Positions 36,436-50,500 are shown, counted from the stretch's first letter. The stretch is 64,000 nucleotides of DNA from Camelus ferus (GCF_009834535.1 NC_045698.1:3474001-3538000), one strand, 5' to 3'. Notes: generated by a model not told the origin, from the letters alone. Numbers and translations are program-made.

Positions 36436-38364
36436 GATGAGGGGCAGTCTTTGTTTAGAAAGTAGGTAGTTAGTAGAACTCCCAGGTTTGCAGCCAGACA
36501 GCTCATCTCTTTGAAGATGCCTTATCTCTGAAAGTCGACCCAGGGCTCCGGCTGCGTGGACACGAGAGCTGAGCTGCTGGGTCCACCTGGACTCCTCCAC
36601 GATTCCTTCTCTTCCCTTCTGAACACACGTTTCTGGGACTGGACGGCGGGACCTGGAATAGACAGTGGTTGGATATTTTCATTCCTCATGGAGACCTGTC
36701 CACGTCCACCTTTGTCATTTCAGGAACATCATTGTTTCTTTGGCCCCGAGAAGGATAACTTCTCTCATTGAGAAGGGAGGACACATTCATGCATGAGACA
36801 GACGTGTACTTGACCAGACCCAGGGGAGGGTGGTGTGCGCTCTCACACAGACCACCCATGTGCAGTCGTCTGCTGATTCTTCTAAAGGAGACACAAAGCT
36901 TGTGCTTCCTGATTTTCAAAATCCTCGAATGCCGGCAGGAAGTGAGGGGAAATGGACAACTGCGTCCAGGTCTCACTAAACACATTTGTGTTTCTGCGAT
37001 TCAGCAAAGGAAGCCTAAGAATTATGACTCATTTCAATTCTGTACTCTTGGGAAAAAATAGCAAACAAAACCGCCTTACCTTAAGTATTTGTAACAGATT
37101 ATCACAAGAAAATAATTAGTGGAATTATTTTTATAAAAAGTCAGCTAGAGGGGAAAAACAAACGGAGGAAGACCGAGGAAAACCGCACAATGGACAGACC
37201 CTAAAGAGCCGTCTTGCAAAAGGGCTAAGACCTTTCTAGACACCAACACAGGAAGGAAGACATAATCTGCCCATGTTAACAGACATTAGGGAAAATACCA
37301 ATTTTTGTAAGGGAAGCAAAGCTTTTATCCACATAGAATTATTTAAAAACATATAACTGTATATGTGTGTATATAAACAGAACTATAGATTTATACAAGT
37401 GCATGCATTTATAAAAATATTTTTATATATGTATAAATATACTTTATAGTCACATAATACTTTATATATTATACATCTAGATAAGATCTAGTTTACATAT
37501 TTGTAATAAGAAAATTATATGTATATGTCATATAGTGAGTGTTTATAGATGTTAACAAACACAAAAAAATGAAAACATTGGGGGAAAGTACCTCGTGTAC
37601 CTGTACACACCCTTCCCCGTGTCACCTGATGACACGCATGTGACCCTCCCCACTTATGCCCGCCTCTGGACCCCACACCGGGGTGGCTCCGTCCTGCCAG
37701 TCCACCCAGGCACCAGGAGCGCTGGCTTTTGCTGTCCTGGTTTTCTCTCTTTCTTTCTTATTTTTTCATTACAGCCCCTTTTCTCTTTTTCTGTTGCACA
37801 AATTAAGCCGTCTGTGTCTAGCACGCCATTTGGGGAGGGTTATGTGAGTGTTTCTGCTGGTTTTACGTCCCGTGTGGTGTTCACTCTCTGATGGGCGGCT
37901 CCCCCGTGCCCACCGGGGGCAGTGAGCCCGCGGCGGGTTCACCTTTCATGCTGCCTCTGCCATCACTCCTCCAGGCCTTGTAACACGGCCTCCGAGCTGC
38001 CTCCTAACCATCAGCCTCGGGCCCCCCCCCCCAACAGCTGCGGTCCTTCCTCACTGCCTTAGCTGAGAACTCAGGTAAGATACTGCGCCAGCAAGGGGAA
38101 TGGTGACTGCTTTCCAGATTTTATGCCACCCAGGGAGACTGAGGATTTGGTGGATAATTTCCTGGTAATATAAACCTATTTCTAGGAATATATCCTTGAT
38201 CATTTTTTTAAATTTCTGTTATCAGAAAAGGCAGTGTTCACATTATTCTTCAACTGACCTTACCCAGTGGGTCCATCCAGCATTGCTCTTCCCTGTGCTG
38301 TGTTCTCTTGGAGTCAAGTTCGGGGTTGTTGGCATTGTGTTTAGCTGTTCCCTGCAGCCGTTCA

Positions 38365-38368
<4 letters not shown>

Positions 38369-38414
<46 letters not shown>
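38369..38414. repeat. (TG)23 microsatellite
   Basis: Perfect dinucleotide run. Confidence 0.95.
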
Positions 38415-38416
<2 letters not shown>

Positions 38417-40228
38417 GGGTTCTGCTCTCTCTAATGAAGACATCATGCGCCCACAGTGCTCTTGTCTGTACTAATGAAGAAAATTTTGAGATTTCTGTAT
38501 CCCAAATCCTGTCTATAAATTTCTAGATTCTTCTAAAAAAGTGTTGCTTTTTCATCTTAATGGTTATGAGGAAGATAGATGAACAGTTTCAGTTTTTCAA
38601 AATACTTGAAAAGCCCAAGGATGCAAAGTGTCGGCGTGCAGTGAGAACCAGCATCACAGAAGAGTCCAGAAAAAGTTTTTAAATTGCCAAGAAAGATAGG
38701 AAACTCATGGAAAAAAACAGTTATATGTTTAGAGAATAACCATTTTGATGACATTAAATGTAGGCTGTAATCTTCAAATCAGAATATGACCCCGAGAATG
38801 ATTTTGGCGTTTAAAGCCATTTTGTTTGGTGATCCTGAGTGGGTAAGCTCTGCTGAAGTCTGCCTGCTGGTTTTTGTGCTAATCGGTAAAGCCTTCTGCA
38901 GCCGAACAGTAATAAACATTTATTTTCAAGGACTTTACTAATTTCTTTGGTCCACATAATTATAAACAAATATCAAGACTTTGCTTGCTTCCAAATTTGT
39001 TTTCTTGAAAGATTACATTTTCCCAGAAAGCCTCTCATCATATTCACTAAGGTTCACTGCACGTGAAGCGACCAGTTGTGGACTGGACGTGTCCACAGTG
39101 CATCAGTCCTGGTTTTTTGTTGGCTTAATGATTCTGGGACTGTCTTATTTTACATGTTTGCTGACTTCCTTATTTTGATTATTTCCAAGTAATCAAAATA
39201 GTGTTATATTCTCCACCAGTTAGTTGGCTATTTGGACGTGATCCCAAAAGTGAGTAAGGCTAACTTTTTAAAGATAAAACTGCTTTATTTTATTAGCAGT
39301 CCAGCATTCGGTATTGGAAAAAATATATAATAAGGGAGCTCAACTGGCCTGAAGTTGTCAGCACGGCTCTCCTCCATACTTGGGAGAGTCAGGGACAGAC
39401 ATGTGTCCGCAGTCAGTTCCTCAACCTCGTCAGTAAAGACATGTGTCATTTCCTATGAGCAGACACAGACCTCATCCCGTTTCCTCATGTCTGTGTCTGG
39501 GAGGCCTGGGACTCCGGGCAATTATAGTTCATTATTTTAAACTTAATGACAACATGGACTCTTCCTCAGGTTGCTTTTTAAAACCTTGAATCATGCACTG
39601 CTGACCAGTGAAGACGCCTCACCTCCCATCAGGAGAGTCTGCACCAGCACACGAGAAAGGTCATCACAGCACAGCTGGAGCTGAGGGGTGCCCGGGGGCC
39701 CTGCCGTGCCCCGGACCCCCTGCTCGATGGGAAAATTCGACTTGACCTGAGAGCCCATGAAGCATGCTTTTGGGCAAAATGGACATAATACATTTCTTGC
39801 TCTGCTGTGCAACGTTCATCTTAAGGAAAGCAAGCCAACGAGTCATGGCTGATTGTAGTTCCTGTAAGACTGGAGCCTGGGGAGTGGGCACCGCCGTGCA
39901 GTAGAGCAGCAGAGGGAATCCGAGCTCATGTCCAGATCAGGACGTCAGCAATGAGGTCTGTGAAGCCTTGACCTTGGCAAGTAGTATGGCCTTTTCTGGG
40001 TTCCCCCGTTTTCTTACTTGGAAAAAGAGGGAACACAAGTAAAACGTCTCTACAGCCATGAACCAGAGCAGGAGAAGGACTTGGAAATATTGTTGTGAAA
40101 CCTCTGACCTTGCCTTATTTTCTTCATTAATGTTATTTTTGTTGTGGTTAAACATATACGTATAGAAAAGTACAAAATTACAAGGGTACAGCTCAAAGAC
40201 TTGTCGTACAGTGAATCTCGGTCACAAT

Positions 40229-40799
40229 ACGGAGCATTTACAGTAGCCAAGATGTGGGAACAGCCTAAGTGTCCTTCAGCAGATGAATGAGTAAAGAAGA
40301 TGTAAGCTGGGTCTACATATTTATATGTATATAGTATACATATATGATGTATATGTGGCATTTATATATATATACATACTACGTCTATACACACACGACG
40401 GGATATCACTCAGCCACAAGAAAGAAGGAAAGCCTGCCATTTATGAAAAATGGATGGATTTTGAGGGCATTATGCCAAGTGACATAAGTCAGAGAAAAGA
40501 CAAATGCTATATGATCTCACTTCTCTATGGAATCTAAAAATCAATCAATCAATCAAACTCTTAGAGATTAGATTGGTAGTTTGTAAGGGCCTGGTGAGTT
40601 GGGGGAAGTCATGGGTGAACATGGTCAAACTTCTGGTTATAAGATGAAGGAGTCCTGGGACTGTCACATACAGTATAGTGCCCACAGTTAACAGTACCAT
40701 ATTTCATATTTGGAACTTGCTAAGAGAGTAGATCTTAAAAGTTCCCACTACCAAAAAAAAGTAACTGTGAAGTAAGTGGACGTGTTAACTAACCTAAAA

Positions 40800-40807
<8 letters not shown>
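40229..40807 (+). mobile_element. L1MA-like 3' fragment nested in the older L1, followed by a compound (TA)n/(CA)n repeat at 40808-40892
   Basis: gcatttacagtagccaagatgtgg..tggatggattttgagggcattatgc..gctaagagagtagatcttaaaagttc. Confidence 0.8.
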
Positions 40808-40846
<39 letters not shown>

Positions 40847-41630
40847 TATATATATATACACATATATAAAATATATGTATATATATATATACAAACACAG
40901 TTATCCCCCCACAGCCCCCTTCTCCAAGCCCATCATCACCTCCTCTTCCCAAAGATAACCGTTCTCCTGACACAGAATCCATAGGTTAGCTTTGCCTGTT
41001 TTTGAACTTCCTGTGAATGGAAGCATGAGTTATGTGCTATTTTGTGTCTGGGGTCTTTAGCTAAATAATTTGATTATGAGATTCATCCTTGTTGCTGCAT
41101 AAAAATACAGCATTCATTTACTTATTTTTAATTGCATGGATATATTACAACTTATTAATCCATTCTGTTGGTGGTAGCCGTTTGAGTTTCCAATCTTTGG
41201 CTACTATGAGAAATGTTACTATAAATATTCTTTCAGTTAACACATATCTCACTGATTATACATAGGAGTGGAGCTGCAGGGTCATAAATATATATGTACA
41301 GTGTCAGTAGACACTGCCAAGTAGCTTCTAAGAGATTATGCAAAGTTACAGCCCCACGAGCAGTTATGAACATGCAAATGCTCCAAATCCTTGTCAGTAC
41401 TTGATCTTGCTGGTCTTTTCCATTGTAGCTAATCTGTGGGTCTGTAGTGGCGGGGCACAGTGGTAATGAATGAGGCTGAATACCTTTTTACATGTTTAAT
41501 GACCACCTGAAAAACCTCTTTGGTAAAGTGCCAGTGCAAATCTGTTGTGCATTTATTTAAATTAGGCTCTCTGATTTTTCTTATCTCCTGTAATGGGAGT
41601 ACTTTATATACTCTGAACACTTTATCCCTT

Positions 41631-43113
41631 TTTTATAACATTTTTTATTGAGTTACTGTCATTTTACAATGTTGTGTCAAATTCCAGTGTAGAACACAAT
41701 TTTTTAGTTATACATGAACATACATATATTCACTGTCAAATTTTTTTTCCACTGTGAGCTACCACAAGATCTTGTATATATTTCTCTGTGCTATACAGTA
41801 TAATCTTGTTTGTCTATTCTGCATTTGCCTATCTATGAATTTTGAACTCCCAGTCTGTCCCTTCCCACCCCCTGCCCTCTTGGCAACCACAGTTTGTATT
41901 CTATGTCTATGAGCCTGTTTCTGTTTTGTATTTATGTTAATTTTTTTTTTTTTTTTTAGATTCCACATATGAGTGATCTCATATGGTATTTTTCTTTCTC
42001 TTTCTGGCTTACTTCACTTAGAATGACATTCTCCAGGGACTTCCATGTTGCTGCAAATGTCATTATGTTGTCGTTTTTATGGCTGAATAGTATTCCATTG
42101 TGTAAATATACCACCTCTTCTTTATCCAGTCATCTGTTGATGGACATTTAGGCTGTTTTCATGTCTTGGCTATTGTAAAGAATGCTGCTATGGACATTGG
42201 GGTGCAGGTGTCTTTTTGAAGTAGGGTTCCTTCTGGATATATGCCCAGGAGTGGGATTACTGGGTCATATGGTAAGTCTATTACTAGTCTTTTGAGGAAT
42301 CTCCATACTGTTTTCCAAATTGGCTGCACCAAACTGCATTCTCACCAGCAGTGTAGGAGGGACTTTAAAAAATGGAAAGATATCCCATGCTCCTGGATTG
42401 GAAGAATCAATATTGTTAAAATGGTCATACTGCCCAAGGCAATCTACAGATTTAATACAATCCACATCAAATTACCCAGGACATATTTCACAGAACTAGA
42501 ACAAATCATAATAAAATTTATATGGAACCACAAAAGACCTAGAATTGCCAAAGCATTAATGAAGAAAAAGAAAGAGTCTGGAGGAATAACTCTCCCAGAC
42601 TTCAGACAATACTATAGAGCTATAGTAATCAAGGCAGCATGGTATTGGTACAAAAAACAGACATACGGACCAATGGAACAGAATAGAGAGCCCAGAAATG
42701 AACCCACAAACTTTTGGTCAACTAATCTTCGACAAAGGAAGCAAGAATATACAATGGAATAAAGACAGTCTCTTCAGCAAATGGTGTTGAGAAAACTGGA
42801 CAGCAGCATGTAAAGCAGTGAAGCTAGAACACTCCCTTACACCATCCACAAAAATAAACTCAAAGTGGATCAAAGACTTAAACATAAGACAAGATACAAT
42901 AAACCTTCTAGAAGAAAATATAGGCAAAACATCATCTGACATACATCTCAAAAATGTTCTCCTAGAGCAGTCTATTCAAGCAATAGAAATGAAAGCAAGA
43001 ATAAACAAATGGGACCTAATGAAACTTACAAGCTTCTGCACAGCAAGGAAAACCATAAGTAAAACAAAAAGACAACCTGTGGAATGGGAGAAAATTTTTT
43101 GCAAATGATGAAA
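41631..43113 (-). mobile_element. 5'-inverted (twin-primed) L1: antisense 3' end 41631-42360 joined to sense ORF2 segment 42361-43113
   Basis: T-tail on the left, abrupt switch at cagtgtaggagg|gactttaaaaaatggaaag. Plus-strand ORF2 peptides [19 protein letters not shown] and KINSKWIKDLN. TSD CTGAACACTTTATCCCTT (41613-41630) / CTGAACACTTTATTCTTT (43114-43131). Confidence 0.92.
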
Positions 43114-43829
43114 CTGAACACTTTATTCTTTATGAACAATATGTATTGCAAATATCTTCTTTCACTCTATGATTTAGTATTTACACTTTTAATAGTGTCT
43201 CTTGATAAACTGATAAATGGAAGGATTTTTTATGGACTCCAAACAGTTCGTATTTTTCCTTTAAGATTAGCACTTTTTGTGCCCTGCTGAGAAAAAAAAA
43301 AACAACAAAAACTCTGCTTACCCCAAAGACGTGAATATATTCTTCCTCATGATCTCCTGCAAGCTTTATTGTTTTGCTCATCGCATGCAGGCCACCTGAC
43401 TCTTGTATCGAGCGTGCATGAGAGTCTTGTGGATATTGGGCGATTGTTTTTAAAGTGGCTGAGATGTTTTTCCTTCTTGTATCCACTCCCTGTTGTACCC
43501 CTGCACCCACCTTGCTGACTCCGGGCTTAGCCACGTGACCTGTTCCTGCTAAGGGGACAGAACACACATGGCCAAGCAGGAGCCCAGTTGGAGGGATCAG
43601 GGTGTCACCTACACACGGTTTCATCCTTCCGGATGCGATGCCTACCAGAGCTTACTCTCACATCGCAATGTTGCTATGTGTGTTCCTGCATCTGCCCCCT
43701 GCTTCGGCTCCCGGCTCCCAGTCTGTGCACTTGACCTCATCCTCATGGCCGTGTGCTTACTTGCTCTGGCTCCTTTGAAATTTACATGTCTCTTGTTTTC
43801 AGGTTAGCTTTGACATTTTTCTGTGACTT

Positions 43830-44780
43830 AGGTTTTCTGCAGAGTTCCTATTGTGTACCCATTTGTGTTCTTTTTCCTGCTTGGGGTTTTGGAACTGCTT
43901 AAATCTGATTTATTGTCTTTCATCAGTTTTTGAAAATCTTCAAACCTTTTGTTTACAAGTATCGATTCTGACTCTTTGATTCTGTCCTCTCCTTTTTGGC
44001 TTCCAATTGTATAAATATTAGAGCTTTTCACAATACACTATGTATATATGGTATATATTAGTTCTCTGGTGAAATTCTCCATCTAAAAATCTGTTTTCCC
44101 AAATCTAATAATAACCACAATAATTTTAAATCCCATTTCTAACCACTCCAGTATCTGGATTCCTTATGAGTCTGCAGATATTATTTGTATATTCTCTTGG
44201 GTTTCAATTGTTTGGTCTCATCTCCTAGTACACTCGGTAATTTTGAACAAATGAAAGATATCATTAATGAAAAATTTAAAGACAAAAATAAAGCTCTGAA
44301 TGAGACTATCTTTGATTTCTAGCAGACAAAGGAGTTACAGTTTATAAGTCACCTTGGGACTGAGCTCATGTCTACCTGGCATTCAGTCTTTCTAAATCGG
44401 TCTGTTAAGTTTGCTTTCTCCTACTATAGACCTATTGTGGCTTCAGTGAACGTTCTGTTTACCAGAGCCCCTTCTTTTTGGCAGACCCACGATTTCAGTC
44501 TTCATCTTTCAGTCCCACCGGGTTGCCGAAACCTTGTCTAGCTTCTCAGCCTCTTAACTACTGCTTTCCATCCTGCTCTTTGGCATCTTAACATCTTTTT
44601 AGGACTTACCAAATTCCTTGAGGAGAAAAATAGTACTCGATGTTGGGTTCACGTCTCCACCTTCCTTTGCCCTGGAAATGTTCATCCCTTATGTCCTTTT
44701 TACTTGGAGAGCTTTATGATGCTTACAGAACAATCAGTCTGATGTGTGCTGATCCCCCATAGTCAGAAGTGGAGGTCCTC
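43830..44780 (-). mobile_element. Old L1 ORF1/5' region remnant
   Basis: ORF 43828..44031 (-) SNIYTIG..EDFQKLMKD resembles degenerate L1 ORF1p. Confidence 0.5.
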
Positions 44781-46255
44781 TTTGAATTGAGTTTTGAGGC
44801 TGAATAATAAGTAATGGGTTCTAGTAACCCAAACTGTAAGAAGATCCTGAACCTGTGAACTTTTAAAAAAAAGAAAAAAAGAATTCAATCTCTCGCTCGG
44901 GTTAATCAGTTTAGCTGACTTTCCCTAGTTTCCTGTCTGTGGAATGGGGATCATATTGCCAGTCCTGGCGTAACTTCATGGAGATAATGGGAGACATCTA
45001 GCTAGTGTGTTGGAATTGTTTGAGATCATTAGAGAGCAGTGCTATGGAATTCCGAAGCTGCCAGACCAGGCTTGTCCTGGAGCATTAATTATGCTTTTAT
45101 TCATTTTTCTTTGCTTACAGACCCTTGCATCCTGATCGTCACAGCAGTAATAGGTCATTTACCAAACACTTACAGCGAGCCAGTCACTGCCCCTAGCCCT
45201 TCCCTAGCCTTTGATTAATCTACTGAAAGGCTGCTGACCGCCTTGCATGTGATGAATGTCCCCTCCACAGTGCCCGGTGCCACCCTTCATGTTCTGTGCA
45301 GGCGGATGGTAATTAAGGACATGCATCAGTGGGCGCCAAGGCAGAAGAACCTGGGACCAGGGCCCTGGAGACTGGGGCCAAAAGGCTCTCAATCAAGGTG
45401 GACAAACACACACAGGGAAGTCTGGGGTTGCATAGGCACGTCCACTGTTATTAAATTTCTTGTGATCGCACAGGTGATTTTTTTTTAATTTTTGCCTATC
45501 AAAATGTATAAATAGGATTTAGTTGCTATTTGCAAACACTTGTTACTCTTCGTGCCAAATGTGAAAGTTATACGGAAGCATGTCTCTGGTAGGGAAGAGG
45601 ATACCCTATTTGTGGAGGAGGAAATAGTTCGTTGGTCTTTTGCCATCTGCTAGTGAACTTAAGCAGGAATTCATTTTCTTCTGGACTTGGGAATCTAGTC
45701 AGAAATTAGCCTGAGCATAGAGCATTTCTGGTGGAAATCATGGCGGTGTTCCGCGTGGAATTTCTGGAAGCTGGAAGCTATCATGCAGGCTTCCTCTGGC
45801 CTAGGAAAGGAAGGAAGGAGGGAAGGAAGAAAGAAAATCCCAGTCTTTGAAATTGATAGATTGTGTTTTGCCACTTACAATGCCCTTTTTCATCTTTTTA
45901 TTGTTCCTGGCAAGAAGCGTACCTGTAAACGTATCTCTAATAGGAGCTCCTCGCATGGGACATCTGGTTGTATGACCCCATCTCATGTTCCCCGTGATAA
46001 GCTTGAGAAATCCCACAAAGAACAGATTGCCTTCCCAGAAAAGGTGAAATGTATTATGAATGATTTCAGAAAATGTGGCCCCTATATTTAAATATAATGA
46101 AGATAAATGTTACATTAGCCCTCAGGAGAAAAACGGCCCCTCTTCTTCATACGAGACGCACTGTAAAATTGCTGGAGGAAAAAAAAGCATGATCGAATGT
46201 ACATCTTTGTAACTGTTCTGGCATCACCAGCAGCCCCGTCTCCTCTTTGTTTCAG

Positions 46256-46409
46256 CACTGCCCAGGCTGTGTGCCTTGCTGATCAGCCAAAGCCCGTGAA
46301 GGAGTACAAGTACCCTGAGCAGCTGCCGGGAGAGTTATATGATGCAAACACACAGTGCAAGTGGCAGTTTGGAGAGAAAGCCAAGCTCTGCCTGCTGGAT
46401 TTTAAAAAG
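46256..46409 (+). CDS. ADAMTS16: ADAMTS16 exon 10 equivalent: (S)TAQAVCLADQPKP...LPGELYDANTQCKWQFGEKAKLCLLDFKK; start of disintegrin-like domain
   Basis: tttcag acceptor, 154 nt. Donor is non-canonical AAG|GCAAGT, which gives phase 0 into the next exon (DICK...). Confidence 0.94.
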
Positions 46410-47539
46410 GCAAGTGATTATTGGCCAGTGCTCAATGCAGTGTGCCTCCTAAAACCCTCGTCTTCCGGGAAACTGACATTGATGTGTTCTGCATTTATTG
46501 GGTCCCTACCAAATGTCAAGTCCTGCCTGTTAGGGCTGGTCCTATGTAACAGGAAACACATGCTTCACTGGCAAAGAAAATGATGGTGGATGCTGTTGTG
46601 GGGGTCAGTTTTCTCCCGACTACAGACGGCCTGTGAGGTCAGTTCTTTCTTTCTGATTTATCACGTGGGACCTCGGCAGGAACTCCTGGTTAGTATAAGC
46701 TGGCAAATTAATACACTGCATTCTTTTCAAATGGTGTTTAAGAAACAATCGCCCCCTGACCCCACCTCCCTTACCTGCCTGAGACGTAAGCAAAATTTAC
46801 TCTAAAGCAGTAGCCTGTCTGGCACTTCTGATCACTGAATTCCTCAAGTGAAGGCTTTCTGGAGAAATGTCTTCATAGCACTCCACTGACCCCAGGGACA
46901 CCCGTGGAGTGGTTTCCTCACATAAATTCCTCACGAACACAGAGGCACACGCTCCTGCTAGACGGGGGAAAGCAGGCTTCACAACTTGCTGTGCTAACCC
47001 ACTAGGAAAGTTACTCATAAATTAAATGAAAGAAACTGTTTTTGAGGTTTCTTTTATTCTAGTTTATAACAAAATCAAGAGGAAAATAGACACAAATGTA
47101 CGGTCCTCCAGAAACCCCCAACATTGCAGAATGCACTGGGAATGTTCCCAGGTTAAATCTAACGTGATAATCCTCTTCCTTCTGAGCTCAAGTAGAACTC
47201 CCCCGAAGGTCAGTTACAGCCCTGTGCCAGCGGACCCTTACGTCCCCAGCTGGGAACCCTCAGCTCGAGCAAGACGATAAGTCAGTCAGCCTCAGCGTGT
47301 ATTCCCAATGCTGCCGTTTCCGTCGGCAGAATATGTAAAATTCCTCAGAACTTTTGTGTTACTCTCCTCTTTGCTGAGAGAAAGGAGCATGAAACTAATG
47401 TCTTCTTTCCGAGGTGAGAGTTCTGACATCAGACTCCTGGTTTCCACTTTATTTTGCTCTGTGACCACAGACTGCATCATTCATGGTAGACCAGTGCCAT
47501 CTGGAAAATACAGAAAATAAGAAGTTAAATGCAACATGT

Positions 47540-50500
47540 CTTGTCATTACTGAGTAAACATTTGCATGCAGTGAAATGCATTTGTTTTAGGTGTACGATG
47601 GGAATGTTAACAAACATACTCATCCGTATTAGCATACTGATCAAGCTACGTCTTATTTCCATGAAGCCAAAAAGTCCCCTTTAGCCCTCCTCCGTTCAGT
47701 CCCTCCCCACCCCTTGAGCGACCATTGTTCGGCTTTCTAGCACCATAGTAACACAGTGCTTATTCTGGAACCTCCTATTGCCAAGTGCTTTCACATTTCA
47801 CCGTTAAACATGATGCTAGCAATCGGTTTTACATGGCTTCCTTTTATCCAGTTGAAGAAGTTCCTTTCTGGTCCTAGATTGGTAAAAGATTTTATCACAG
47901 AATCGTGTTGATTTTTGTCATGTGGGCTTTTTTTCCTGCGTCTGTTGATATAGACATATGTTCTTTCTCCTTTATTCTGTTCATGTGGTGAATCGCTGAT
48001 GGGCTTTCAATTTTTTCATTGATTTTTGAATGTTAAGCCACCCCCTACCCCTAGTACGACTCCGCTTGGTCATAACCTATTGTGCATTTTTATGTTTTGT
48101 TGACTTGTGAATATTTTGTTCAGGGTTTTTATATGTATGTTCTTGAGTAATATAATTTTGAAATTTTGTTTTCTTATAATTACCTTTCAAGAATTTATAT
48201 CAGAGTTATGCTGCCCTCAAAAAAAAAATGATTTGAAAGTGTTCCCTACTCCTTTGTTTTCTTGAAGAGCTTATAATAAGATTGGTATGGTTTCTTCCTT
48301 AAATGTTTGTTAGAATTTATCAGGGAGTTCTGTCTGTGGGAAGGTTTTTGTAATTACTAATTTAACTACACTAACATATGCGGGGTTATGTAGGAGCACT
48401 TCCCAGCTAAACTGATCAGATTCACTGAGAAAAAACAAAATCAAAAAAGGACACAAGAAGAGAGATTTTCTAATGAATGTGTCTGTTTTATCTGCTTTGT
48501 TAATTTTTTTTGGTCCAAGAGTTGTTCGTAATATTTTTATTTATCCCTTTAATGAATGTAAGAGCTATAGTGGCATTTCCTCTTTTATTCCTAATAATGG
48601 TAACATGTGTTTTTTAATCTCTTTTACTTGATCAGACTATCTAGGAGTTTATCAGATGAATGAGTCCCTTCAAAACAGCAATATTTGTCTCTGTTAATTT
48701 TTAAAAGAAAATTTTATTGGGTCATTTTTTATTTCATTAATTTCTGTTTTGTCTTAATTACATTCTAAGGCTTAGTGTGACTGTCTCTTCCTTGTTTATG
48801 AGGTTAGCTTGGATTTGAACATTTTCTTCTTTTCTTAACATAATCATTTAACTGTATTTAAAGCTAATAGTTTCCTCCTAAGCAACATATTAACATGTAT
48901 CTGGAACATTTTACATGTTGAGTGTTTAATGTTATTAACTATGAAATATTTCCTAATTTAAGTGCTGATTTCTTCTTTAACCCATGCATTATTGAGGAGT
49001 ATATTATTTAACTATGAAATAATTGGTGTTTTCTAGACAGCTTATTAATTTTGATCTCCAATTTTGTTCAATTTTGATCAGAGAATGTACTCTATAAGTA
49101 TACTTTTGAAATTTATTGAAACATATTTCATAGCCCAGCATTTATTCTATCCTGGTGAACATTCTATGGCCACTTGAAACAATCATACTTTCTGCAGTGG
49201 TTGGGTATAATGTTCTAGAAATATTTATTTTGTTAATTTGTTTGATAATATTATTTGTATCTTCTATATCCCCCATAGTATTTATTACTTGTGTCAGTTT
49301 CATAGATACGAGTGTCAAACTTTCTAACACAGATTATGTATTTTTCTATTTCTCCCATTAGTTCTATTAGTTTTTGCTTTGTATATCTTGAAGCTGGATT
49401 ATTAGGTACATACACATTTAAGATTGTTATGTCTTCCTGACTCTTTCACTATTATAAAGTGACCTTTTTTATTCTTGATAATGTTACTTTTCTTGAATTC
49501 TACTTTATCTGATATTAGTACAGCCACATCAGCTTATTTAGAAATACTCTTTGCATAGTAATTTTTCTCACCCTTCTACTGTCAATTTCTTCATGTTTTT
49601 ATGTAAAATGCTTCTGTTGTAAACATACTTTAATTTGGTATTGCTTTTCTATCCAGTTGAACCATCTCTAGCCTTCCACTGAAATATTTGACACATTTAT
49701 ATTTAATGTAATTGTTCATATGGTGGATTTAAGTCTACCATTTTGCTATTTGTTTCCTATCATTTTCATTTCTTTTTTGTTTCTCTGTTTCCTTTTGGAT
49801 TAAACTTCTTTTAAGAAATTCTATTTTCCCATCTGTTTGCATGTTAGCTATAATTTCTTGTATTTTTGGTGGTTGCTCTAGAGATTACAGCTGCATCTTT
49901 AACTTACAACCTCTGTAGAATTAGCATTGCTCCACTTTATGCAAAATGCAGGATCCTCACCACAAATACATTTCTGTATCCCTCTTTCACACTTTGTACT
50001 ATTGTCAGCATGTATTTTACTATGAATGTTCTAAACTGCATGACACAATGCTATAATTTTTATTTTAAAATAATGGGTTGCTTTTAAATAAAATAGGATC
50101 ATCTTTTATATTTACCCACATTTTTGGCATTTATTATTCTTGCTTTCTTATAGATTGGTTTTAAATTGGATCATTTCCTTAGGGCTTGAAGAACTTCCTC
50201 TAGCATCTCTTGTAGCATAAATCTGCTGGCCACAAAGCACCTCACATTTTCTTTACCTGAAAATGTCATTAATTCACCCTCAGTTTTGAAGGACAGTTTT
50301 TTCTGAATATGGAATTCTAAACAGAATTCTTCATTCTCTTTTCCCTTAGACACTTTAAATATATAATTGTGTTTTCATCTGGACTCAGCTGTTCCTGATA
50401 AAAAGTTGGTTGTCATTTGTATCATTTTTCTAACATTTCTAATCATTTGTTTAGACAACTCGGCAAACTATGCATTGGAATTATTTTAAGCTTCAGTTCC

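Larger units (their letters stand above)
40131..43500 (-). mobile_element. Old L1 (L1ME/MD-like) host element, broken by two younger L1 insertions
   Basis: Antisense old-L1 3' sequence at ~40131-40225, ~40890-41612 and ~43132-43500 (ttagctttgcctgtttttgaacttc..atgtattgcaaatatcttct) runs collinearly across the inserts. Confidence 0.65.

Noticed and set aside
42241..42762. 173-aa ORF
   Set aside because: Chimeric artefact reading from antisense L1 across the inversion junction (42360/42361) into sense ORF2. It frameshifts out shortly after and is not a host gene.
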